Assembly: GCF_001194135.2 (NCBI RefSeq)
Contig: NC_068984.1
Coordinates: 15,500,726 to 15,564,725 of the forward strand
Source of the DNA: Octopus bimaculoides
Taxonomy: Eukaryota
Direction of reading: 5' to 3'
DNA: 64,000 nucleotides
In this document: one piece after another, positions 38,001 to 64,000 of the stretch
Layout: each line of letters starts with the position of its first letter
Numbering within the stretch: the stretch's first letter is position 1
Translations under genes and position numbers: made by a program
Notes under the pieces: model-generated
Told to the model about the DNA's origin: nothing
Seen by the model: only the letters and a program-made list of their open reading frames with translations
Database searches by the model: none

Positions 38001-41000
38001 GTGTAGTGATTACATACATCAAACAAATGGTGGCATGCATATAGATTTCCTATGTTTGGTTTAGAAAGAGAGAAAACAGTGTGATAAAAGGAAAGGGAAA
38101 CAGATAAGCTTTGACATTATAGAGGAACAAGTCAAAGTGGTGAGCTGGCAGAATCATTACCATGCCAGGCAAAATGCTTAGCAGCATTTTGTCCGTCTTC
38201 ATGTTCTGAGTTCAAATTCTGCCGAGGTCTGCTTTGCCTTTCATCCATTTTGGGTTGATAAAATAAGTACCAGTAATTGACTTAGCCTCTCTCCTTGAAA
38301 TTATTATAATAGTAACAGGTAAGTTCTGAAGAGTTAAGTCTAATAATTGTGGTTGAAAAGATAAAGATCTTGATTTTCTTTATAAAGTACCTTTGTCATT
38401 TATGCATGCTAACATTACACACCCTGCTTGCTTCATGTCTTCCCAACCTTCACATGTCCTTTGCATTCAGTACCCATATCTCACCCTTATACAGTACTGC
38501 AGTTCATACACAAGCATTGTTCAATCTGTTCTTTGCTCAGACAGAGAATCTTCTTGTCAGCAGAGATAATGGCCTTCAGCTGGCTACTATATTTTCAAAA
38601 TATCTCCATCTACTGCTGATTAGGTTGACTTCTTAATAGAAATTATCAGTTACTTGTACAGAGCCTCCTGAGTGTTGTAAAAGGAACTTATTTTACAAAT
38701 GCTCTGACTCTTAACTGATGGATAGCTTTCTGAAGAATGCTGTTTTTGGTTGTATTAGTTGCAGTGAAAGTGACAGGCTTAATGGTTGGGGTGTTACACT
38801 CATGATCACAAGATTGTAGCTTTGATTCTTGGACCAGAAGTGCATTGTGTTCTTGAGCAAAACACTTCCTTTCATGTTACTCTAGTCCATTCAGCTGTAT
38901 AATGAATTCCAGCAATAGCTGGGAAGTTAACCCTATGTTGGACTGGCATCTTGTTCAGGAGAAGTGTTGTGATCTTTGTCACATGCCGGAGAAACTGGGT
39001 AACTGGCCCTGTGAATCCTTGGCATCAAGACAGTAATGTCCAGTAAGAACAGGTATTTTTAATTTAGTAAAGAAGAGCTCTCAAGATAACTGGTTTCCTC
39101 AAATGATTATAAATAGTTCCAGCGCTAAGATTAAATCCCATGGGAAGCTTTCTCACTGTCACAGTAGGATCTCTTGCAAGTATTGCCTCAGGTATTCCAT
39201 CATAGAACTTGGAAGGACATCTTGATCTAGGGTCATCAAGCAAATTTAAATTGCCAAGTCTGAATTTTTGAAAATACTTTCTGCAAGTCCTTTTATTTAC
39301 AGCATCTCAACCAAAAGCCTTCTGAACATTTTTGGCTGCTTCACTTGTATTAGAACCTCAACAAAACTCATGATGTGACAAATATGCACTTTACTTGGGT
39401 TGATGATGAGTTCTGCATATAAAAAATTAATATACTAAGATTTGCATGTTGTTCTAATGGAAACTCTTCATGAAATAATTATATACCAGTGAATCATCAT
39501 CATCATCATCATTTATCGTTTAACGTCCGCTTTCCATGCTAGCATGGGTTGGACGATTTGACTGAGGACTGGTGAAACCGGATGGCAACACCAGGCTCCA
39601 ATCTAATTTGGCAGAGTTTCTACAGCTGGATGCCCTTCCTAACGCCAACCACTCAGAGAGTGTAGTGGGTGCTTTTACGTGTCACCCGCACGAAAACGGC
39701 CACGCTCGAAATGGTGTCTTTTATGTGCCACCCGCACAAGCCAGTCCAGGGGCACTGGCAATGATCTCGCTCGAAAATCCTACGGGAGCCAGTCAGGCGG
39801 TACTGGCAACGGCCACGCTCAAAATGGTGCATCTCATGTGCCACCCGCACAAGAGCCAGTCCAGGGGCACTGGCAACGATCTTACTTGGCTTGCCGGGTC
39901 TTCTCACGCACAGCACATTTCCAAAGGTCTCGGTCAGTAGTCATCACCTCGGTGAGGCCCAATGTACGAAGGTCTTGCCTCGTGTATATTAAAAAAAAAA
40001 AAAAACAAATTCTAACTCATAATCAAACAGAACTTTCTACAAATCCTGATATTTGCTGATATGTCTTGTTGGCAGAGAATGTGCTCGGCTCATTGTTTCT
40101 GTTTTATTATCTACTGTGGCACAGTTTCTACAGCTGGATGCCCTTCATAACGTGAGTCATTTTACACAGTGTTCTGTGTTTTTCTTTTTTTGTAGCATCA
40201 GTCCTTCTGAGATCAACATGCAGTATGCAAGACCAAGAACCTCTTCAACTGAGTAAGGTTGTTTTAATGCTAGGAGGTGACAGGTTATAGTATGAAAAAA
40301 GGGGCCAGAACTGAGCAGGTTTCTTGCTGTACAGGAGCTATGTGGCTATTTACATTATAGAAGAGAGAGTGAGGATAATTGGAGTGGAACTCTAAAGAAA
40401 AATAAAATAGTGATGATGAGAGGGTGGACCCTCAAGGTGCAAGAAGGTGAACAGAAGAACAGGGAGTCTGGGTAGATGAAGGTTGCAAGAATGTACATGG
40501 AAAGTGAGGAATAGGAACAAAGGAGGGAAGAGAAGATGACTAGAGACTGGGTGGATGTAGTGAATGGTAGACCAAAGTGAAGGGGGTGATCAATGATACA
40601 TACAAGTTGGAGGAAGGTAGAAGAGAGTAGGTAATGACTGACAGTACAAAAAGGGGCAAAGAGCTCACACCATTATCTGTATTTTACACGTCGGCTTTTG
40701 CATGCTGGCATGGGTTGAGCAATTTTATAAGGCAGTATTTTACAGTCTGTTGCTCTTTTAGTAGCCTCTTATGACATGTTGGGACAGATGCAGTGTACCT
40801 CTTCTGAAACCAACATCCATCACCATAATTAATTAATATATTGTAAAGTTTAAAAAAAATATATAATTATTCTTACAAGGAATCTAAAATAAGCATTGTT
40901 ACTTTTTTCTTTTTTTTTAGATCAGTAACAAAAATTAAAATAGACGAAATGATAACATTCAAAGTTTATAAACAATAAAATGTTTGCCTTTCTCTAAGAG

Positions 41001-43149
41001 TACAGATACTTCTTCTGGTGATAGCTGCAATGGAAGTCCAAGTAAGTTGTTTTGGCATGGAGCACGAGGAAGAGCACCGACCAATGTTCCAACGATTCTG
41101 TGCTGTTTTCTTAATAACATGACATCTGAAAGACAAAGAAAATCTTGTGTAATACATATTTAAAGTAGCAAGCTGGCGGATTCATTAGCATATTGAGCAA
41201 CATTTTTCTAGTTCTTTATGTTCTGTGTTCAAATTTTGATGGAAGGTTTTAATTTAGATTACTTTAAAATGTAATCTTTGTATCAGAGCCAGGGTGTGGG
41301 CTCAGATGGGTTGGTATCAAAAGGGCTAACTGACATAGGTTGTCCAAATTGTAAATGTCCATAAAGCAATTCTTCCTCTATAGTAACTGTTTCTGTTCTT
41401 CTTCCTTGCAGATACATAATGGTTACCAAGCAGAAGCAATGTGCTGTCACCGAGTTCTTGACAAAGGAGGGCACAGGCTATCTGACATTCACAGACAGAT
41501 TGTTTACAGAGATGACGTCATTGTCAAGAGTGATAAAGAAGGGAATCCCAGCACTGAAAACAAAGGATGCAGTGGAAGTCCACGAACTGTGGCCATTGTG
41601 ACATGAATCGCTATTGAGTGGACACACTGATTTACACAGACAGACAAGTCAGAATCCGTAAGTTCACAGTACAACTGTTCTGTGATCATTATGCATTACA
41701 AAAGATGGTGGAAGATTTTGGGGATGAAAAAATGTGTAAAGCAGGTATTTTGGGAGTTGGTATTTGATTTGAAGGAGAGAAGGGTGGAAATATGCTCTGA
41801 TCTGCTGGAAGCATTTGAAGTCAATGAGGGCATGTTTTTTTTTTTCCAATCTGGGGATTGAGGATGGGGGATGAAACATTGGTGTATCTTTATGATCCAG
41901 AAATGAAAACTCAGTCCACACCTCTTTTTCATAACCTAAGAAGTTCAAAGGCTAGTAATCAGCACAGAAAGTTATGGTAACTGGTTTTGGAGATGACAAG
42001 GGCATCATTCTTTTTGACTTTTTGACATGCAGTCATACCATGAAAGCTTAGAAAAACCATAAGGAGTAAGAGACCAAGCAAAAATCTAAAAATGATCCAC
42101 AATCACCCTGACAATGCACAGCCAAACAGATCTTCGGCTATGAATTAGGCAATTGACAAATTGGTCTGGTCAGTGGTCCCTCATCCATTATAGAGCCCAG
42201 ATCTGGCACTCTCTGACTTCCAACTATTTGGTTGGAATGATAACATGAAGTGAAAGTGGCTGAGAAGTAGTGGGTATAACAGAGCACACCTGAATTTTAT
42301 CAAAGGAGATTTAAGAGCTGAGTTCAACAATGGTGCAAATGCATTGCTTGTGAAGGAGACTATGTCAAGTAGCACCTTTCTACAGAGGAAGAATTACTCA
42401 ACCACTGTATGCAATTTGAATGATCTTTGTCAGCTAATAAAAAACTTAAGCCCACTTTTACCTTACTTTCATATATATATATATATATATATATANNNNN
42501 NNNNNNNNNNNNNNNNNNNNNNNNNNAAAACCGTTACTCTGAGTTTCACGTTCCCGTTCATCGGACATTCTAACAAAACTGTCCAATGAACGGGAACGTG
42601 AAACTCAGAGTAACGGTTTTTTTGTTATATTTCTGCTGCTTTTAAATAAAGCATATTACTCTACCTCTGGTATTTGAGTACTCTTTTTTCCACCTTGTTG
42701 CACATTGCATGTGCTTACTCCGGTACATATATATATATATATACAGTGAAGCTTTATTATAGCATCATATATTATTGACTGCTATTTCCAGTAAATATTG
42801 GTGCATTGTTGTACCACCAGTCTATATATATATATATATTTGACACTGTCAGAATTGTTTGATATCCACAGAGCTAACAGAACATTTGTTTAATGTAGGT
42901 CCACCCTGATCAAGAAGGCCTATGATCAAACACATTCTAGCAGCTCTGTTCTGAATTTTTTCATGCTTCATTTTTCTAAAACAGTCAGGCTGATTAATGA
43001 GAGATTAATCTTTTTTAAATGGTTTCATTTGAGTCCAGTGTTGTAAAAAAATTATTCATTTTTTTTTTAGAGGTATTTTGGTAATTTTTGACATGGGTCT
43101 TCAAGCACTTTCCTTCCAATTCTTGGTTCTTATTAGCTACATTTACTGC

Positions 43150-43186
<37 letters not shown>

Positions 43187-44730
43187 CAAAATCGGAATTG
43201 TATTTTAAGCGTGGAGTTCCCAAAAACATTTTCGGAAAAAGTTAAAAAGAAAAAAANNNNNNNNNNNNNNNNNNNNNNNNNNNNNNNNNNNNNNNNNNNN
43301 NNNNNNNNNNNNNNNNNNNNNNNNNNNNNNNNNNNNNNNNNNNNNNNNNNNNNNNNNNNNNNNNNNNNNNNNNNNNNNNNNNNNNNNNNNNNNNNNNNNN
43401 NNNNNNNNNNNNNNNNNNNNNNNNNNNNNNNNNNNNNNNNNNNNNNNNNNNNNNNNNNNNNNNNNNNNNNNNNNNNNNNNNNNNNNNNNNNNNNNNNNNN
43501 NNNNNNNNNNNNNNNNNNNNNNNNNNNNNNNNNNNNNNNNNNNNNNNNNNNNNNNNNNNNNNNNNNNNNNNNNNNNNNNNNNNNNNNNNNNNNNNNNNNN
43601 NNNNNNNNNNNNNNNNNNNNNNNNNNNNNNNNNNNNNNNNNNNNNNNNNNNNNNNNNNNNNNNNNNNNNNNNNNNNNNNNNNNNNNNNNNNNNNNNNNNN
43701 NNNNNNNNNNNNNNNNNNNNNNNNNNNNNNNNNAATAGTTAAAGTCAAAATAACATGACCCCTATCAATGCATCATCGGTTTCCGTCTGTTAATAAAACT
43801 AAAACAATATTTATAAAATTAGTTGAAGATATGTATATTTTTACGAAAATATCAAAGCGGAAAAAAAAAAAATGCCGAAGTAAAAGAGAACTAGATTGCT
43901 GGTTGTTACGCAATTTTGCATGTTCTCCGATATTTTCAGTATTTATTTTCTCTTTCGTTTGTTTCGGTTTATATGGAAGGGTGTTTTTTTTTGGGGGGGG
44001 GGAGTCTTGCCTAAGATTATTGCATGGAAGCTATTCTAATATTTGGATTTAGGTCTAAAAGATAGGGTTTGTGTTGTGAATGGATGAGGTTTATCAAATC
44101 CTACAGATGTCGGTAAAACCTAGGTTACGAAAAATAACCAAACTGAATGTTTGTGAAAAGCTACTGACATCTAATTTCTCACAAATGTTTAAAAAAAAAC
44201 CCACCCAAAATACAGGTGACGATATTAACATTAGTTCGAGCAGACGAACGAGATTCTTGTAATACAATTTCAACGTAGTCATGACCACTGCGTTTTTTCA
44301 AATAGCTTTCTCTAACATTATCTAATATGTCCTTTAAAAATTTACCTTTAAAGCTTAAAAGGTGCAAGCTGAGAGAGATTTGGATGCCATTTCTAGCTAA
44401 TTGAGCGGCCATGTAGAGGCTAGCGAAAAATAGACAAAAAGGCGAGGTCCTGCCAGGAAGGAAAAAGAACTCGTTTAATGCACATGGAGGTACCTTCTCT
44501 TAATCACTACATAAAGATATAAAATTTACATTTGGAACGATAAATTTCTTTAAACTAATCTCTGTAGCTTTACCTCGTCAATATAAAATCAAATGTCGAT
44601 ATGAAAAAGGGGTATCGATACTGTTTAGAATATTGACATAAAATGTATATTTACCTTCATTATTCCATACTAAACCAACATCACCATCAACATAAATTTT
44701 GATCACTTTTTCATTTAAACTCTCTTCCAT
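32038..44730 (-). CDS. TSEN34: tRNA-splicing endonuclease subunit Sen34, 297 aa; complement(join(32038..32240,33341..33499,33594..33813,35106..35203,40988..41125,44655..44730))
   Basis: Six phase-compatible exons sum to 894 nt. The N-terminus (IYVDGDVGLVWNNEDVMLLRKQHRIVGTLVGALPRAPCQNNLLGLPLQLSPEEV) and the catalytic region (GSKFGGDFLVYPGDPARYHS...RLGTSVRKTVVLC, with the Tyr/His/Lys triad) match recalled Sen34 motifs. Intron 2 needs a GC donor. Confidence 0.93.
34378..34555. mobile_element. piggyBac-type MITE in TSEN34 intron 3
   Basis: TTAA|TCCTTT...AAAGGA|TTAA; same family as 60267-60453. Confidence 0.8.
36000..37610 (+). mobile_element. RTE-type LINE 3' half with UTR and (GAT)n tail, antisense in TSEN34 intron 2
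   Basis: YADDL at about 36240, CTQCKLWTHKRCS, VVDSFCYLSDQVSSGGG and GRPRKTW motifs; the UTR contains a 42-bp tandem repeat. Confidence 0.9.
37173..37330 (+). repeat. 42-bp minisatellite, about 3.8 units, inside the LINE 3' UTR
   Basis: Units start at 37173, 37215, 37257 and 37299, with core GTGTTGGGCCTCATGGAG. Confidence 0.85.
39050..39400 (+). mobile_element. Highly decayed Penelope-like GIY-YIG remnant
   Basis: RISCKYCLRYSIIELGRTS*SRVIKQ resembles the recalled Y.I.C..C...YIGETGR.L..R..EH motif. Confidence 0.45.
41290..42340 (+). mobile_element. Mariner-type (Tc1/mariner) transposase relic in TSEN34 intron 1
   Basis: QCAVTEFLTKEG, GDETLVYLYDPEMKTQS, MVTGFGDDKGIILFDF, HPDNAQP and HPL*SPDLALSDF match mariner catalytic motifs, with many frameshifts. 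TIRs were not resolved. Confidence 0.8.
42527..42620. repeat. 41-bp-arm near-perfect hairpin; each arm carries a hammerhead-like core (Penelope pLTR-like inversion)
   Basis: Arms 42527-42567 and 42580-42620 differ at one base, with a 12-nt loop. The arm reads CC(G/A)AUGA-ACG-GGAA-CGU-GAAA-CUCAGAGU-A-ACGG. Confidence 0.7.
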
Positions 44731-46591
44731 GTTAAATCTTATTTGTGGGGATTTTCTAAAGACAGAGTCCAAGACACATGGGATAAAAATTCAGCGATTT
44801 ATATACGTCAATCCATCGTGTTTACTCCAACGAGGTAACGAGGACATCGAGTGCCTCTAAATTCCAGCATGGAAATGAAACGAACTAATGTATATGTATA
44901 TACCGGAGCAACGAATGATTTTGACATTTGCGTTCGATTTAATAGGCAAAATATTTGAGATAATTTTATTTGGCATTTGCTTTAGAATATGTGGACATCA
45001 TGCACCAAAAAGACAATAGGAAACAAAATCATGCCTGTATGTTGTTGTTTAAAACGTTGAAACAGAAACAAACAGTGCCAATCCAATTCCTTGGAGGAAA
45101 TTCACACTCCAGCATCTCGCAAATTGTTTTCTTTTCACTTTAAGAAATATTTTCTAGCTATAATTATACATTTTTAATTTGCTTTTGAAAGCATCTTAAC
45201 AACAAAATGTATTTCTAACAAGAATTTGATGGTTCTTTACGAATATTGCAAATTTAAATCTAATTCTAGTCTGGCGGAATCTATCGTGCATGTTTCAACA
45301 GTTCATTTATTTAATTCATGTTTATTTACTATCAAAACCTGTAAATAATTTTAAATATTGACACTGTATAAATGTAGAAAATGAAGTTAACTGGAGCCTA
45401 TGGCTTAAAATTCTTTACAAAGAATGACGCTTCATCCTGACTATTATAGTTTTGCCCCAGGTCGTGAACAAACAAATTTATGATCAAAAGACAATCAAGC
45501 CTTGACCATCCAGTTGTTTTTAGTGGCATCTGTGACTTTATCAGTATTCTTTTTTCTTTTCTTTTCAAGATGCTAGGGTGTGATTTGAGGAATGTTAAAC
45601 AGCTAATTATAGCAGGTCAAGTGTACATATAGAGGAGCCCTCTGTATGTGGAATATAAGATTGAATTATTTATAGATGATTATTTCACTTAATAATCCCC
45701 GAAACATAGGCAGAATTACTCAAGAAGTCGTCTTCTGGATTTAATATAAGTGATTAATATATAACATCGATGTAGTCATTAAATGAATATCGCTTTTCTA
45801 TGTCCTGTAATCCAGCTGTAATCCTGTAAATACCAAGTTCACCTTGACATTCGTTCCTATAGGCTCTATAAAATAATGACAACAATGCACAAAATCGCCT
45901 ATTAACCCTGACCTTGGCAAAGAAATCATGATAATACAATGTGTTCCAATGAGTTGGGGGTCACTTTGTGTAATATTGATTTTGAACATATTCAGGATGA
46001 AGGGTTTAACCTTAATATTTAACTGGCATTTAAAAATATTTTAATCTACCCTGCAAGGATGAAAGGCAAAGTGACCTCGGTAGGATTTGAAACTCAGAAC
46101 ATAGAGACGTAATTAAATATCACTAGGCATTTTGTTCGTCACTCTCCTGATTCCACCACCCATTGATCTGACTGGTGTCAATCAGATTTCGTTTTGATGA
46201 TGCACAACAGCTCAGAGTATTTTGTGATGTTTATTTCCTTTTCCAAAAGTATTAGTTACGTAAATGAATCATAATAGCTTCCACTTTGCAGTCTTAATCT
46301 TTTTGAAGATAATCTCATGTTTTATCTAAAACCATCACAGTAGAAAGTTTAATATTAATGAGCTTATGAATATTTATATTTTTCTGATTTTGAATAATAA
46401 ATATTGCATTAAATACTTTAACGTTGTCCCAAATTTCTTCACAAAACCCAATAAAAATATTTTACGTTTTTTCATATGAAAATATTTATACACAAAAAAT
46501 TATGTTAGCAATAAATTAAAAAGTCTCATATCTACGACTGAATGGAAAATGTTTTACTATTCCGCTTTTTAATTGTTCTATTATAATAAGT

Positions 46592-46671
46592 CACGTGTCT
46601 GCTCACATGACCAATTTCTGGCGGGAAATTTTAGCACAACTAACGTGGCGCGTACACCTTTGTTGCGGGAA
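46592..46671 (+). promoter_or_regulatory. MCM3 proximal promoter: E-box plus clustered E2F-type sites
   Basis: CACGTG at 46592, TGGCGGGAAA at 46619-46628, TGGCGCG at 46646 and TTGCGGGAA at 46663, all within 130 bp of the MCM3 ATG. Confidence 0.65.
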
Positions 46672-46716
46672 TATTTCTAAGGAAATTTAATTTTCCCCTA
46701 AGTTTTATCATTAATA

Positions 46717-62814
<16,098 letters not shown>

Positions 62815-64000
62815 GTAAGTAATCATTTCTAATTATTTCTATAATTAGTAATGATTTGTTAACACATGTAGGTATGTATACTTATATACTTGTGCTTATA
62901 CTAGAAATCATCATCATTGTCGTTTAATGTCTGCTTTCCATGCTGGCATAGGTCGGACAGTTTGACAGGAACTGTCAAGCTGGAGAGCTGCACCAGGTTC
63001 CAGTTGTCTGTTTTGACATAGTTTCTATGGTTGGGTACTTTTAATGTGGCACCAGTATGAGATATATGTGTATATATAATTTGCAAGCAAAGGATTTGTA
63101 TTTAATATAAACATATAAATGAACCAGTGACAAAGAGCAATAGGTACAGGTGTGAAATTTACTTCCCAGACATGTGGTTTTGGTGTCAATCCTACTGTGC
63201 AGCACAATGGCTGAGTGTCTTCTGCTTTAGGCCAACTGAAGCCTTGAATGTTGGTTTGATAGCTGGAAACTGAACTTGGTATCTTGTGATGGCTATAAAT
63301 GATCATTTCTGTCATATAAGCAATGTTTTGTTTCTAGTCTTCGATGGAAAAATACATCTGCCCATGGGGAAATACTACTTTGCTTGGAGACCGGTGACTG
63401 AAAAGCATCTGACCATTGAAAATCTTCCTCAATGAATTCCATCTGATTCATGCAAGCATGGAAAAGTGAACATTAAGATGGTGATGGTGTATGTGATATG
63501 ATACATTGTGTGTCTTATTAATATATCTTTCTTTAACAATTGATTGCCTCATTTAATGACTTTTAATAGCTTAATAGGGACAGAATTTTGTATGTAGTGT
63601 AATATAGTGATGGCCATTAATGGCTTCAAGAATGTTTTATTTAATGTACATGATGTAGTTTGACAAGTCTGCATTTTAACATGGTAACCGTTACATGTAC
63701 CACTGGTGGTTCATCGCAAACTTCACACATCCACCCTATGCACTACTGGTGGTACATTTTCATAATTTGAGAAAATATTTTATTCTGTATGTTTGACATG
63801 GCTTCGAGGGTATTTAAATAACCTGAGTGCTAAATATTAAAGTTTAGTTATGAAATATTGTAAAAATGCAATGAAATTACATTTCCTTGTAATTAAACAG
63901 TATACAGTGTGACTTGAAATATGTGCCATCACCAGTTAAGTTGCAGTAACAGGCCAGGGCAGTTAACGTCATCATCACCATCATCGTCGTTTAACGTCCG

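Noticed and set aside
44179-44412. 77-aa minus-strand ORF (MAAQLARNG...) in TSEN34 intron 1
   Set aside because: No recognisable domain, weak start context and no linked exons; not needed for the TSEN34 model.
17504-44730. Functional link between tRNA-His and the nearby tRNA-splicing endonuclease gene
   Set aside because: This tRNA has no intron and lies about 14.5 kb away with another gene in between; the proximity is probably coincidental.

Overview
AT-rich, repeat-dense animal genomic DNA with many N gaps. The repeat families suggest a coleoid cephalopod, probably Octopus; this is inference, not a database match. Three spliced genes can be rebuilt exon by exon: an Emi1/Emi2-type APC/C inhibitor (FBXO5/FBXO43 family, + strand, 4 coding exons, 319 aa, complete), TSEN34 (- strand, 6 exons, 297 aa, complete, requires one GC-AG intron) and the first 11 exons of MCM3 (+ strand, runs off the window). 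TSEN34 is head-to-head with MCM3 and tail-to-tail with the Emi gene. There is one intact tRNA-His(GUG). The rest is mostly mobile-element debris: RTE-type LINE fragments and their (GAT)n-tailed 3' ends, an L1/Tx1-type RT fragment, Penelope-like (GIY-YIG) remnants, a mariner relic, an internally deleted Helitron, three tRNA-derived SINE families, and hAT-, piggyBac- and pogo-type MITEs. The most interesting unexplained structure is a set of minimal type I hammerhead-ribozyme-like folds. Two of them (20536-20609, 42527-42620) share a palindromic ACUC-N-GAGU stem III, and a more degenerate one sits at 5073-5110. Also notable are a 183-bp GG-terminated TIR element with an 8-bp TSD filled with TTAGGG-like repeats (15593-15775) and several long intronic inverted repeats. 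No CRISPR array, rRNA or prokaryotic system is supported. Most ORFs in the supplied track are read-throughs of N gaps, microsatellites or repeats.
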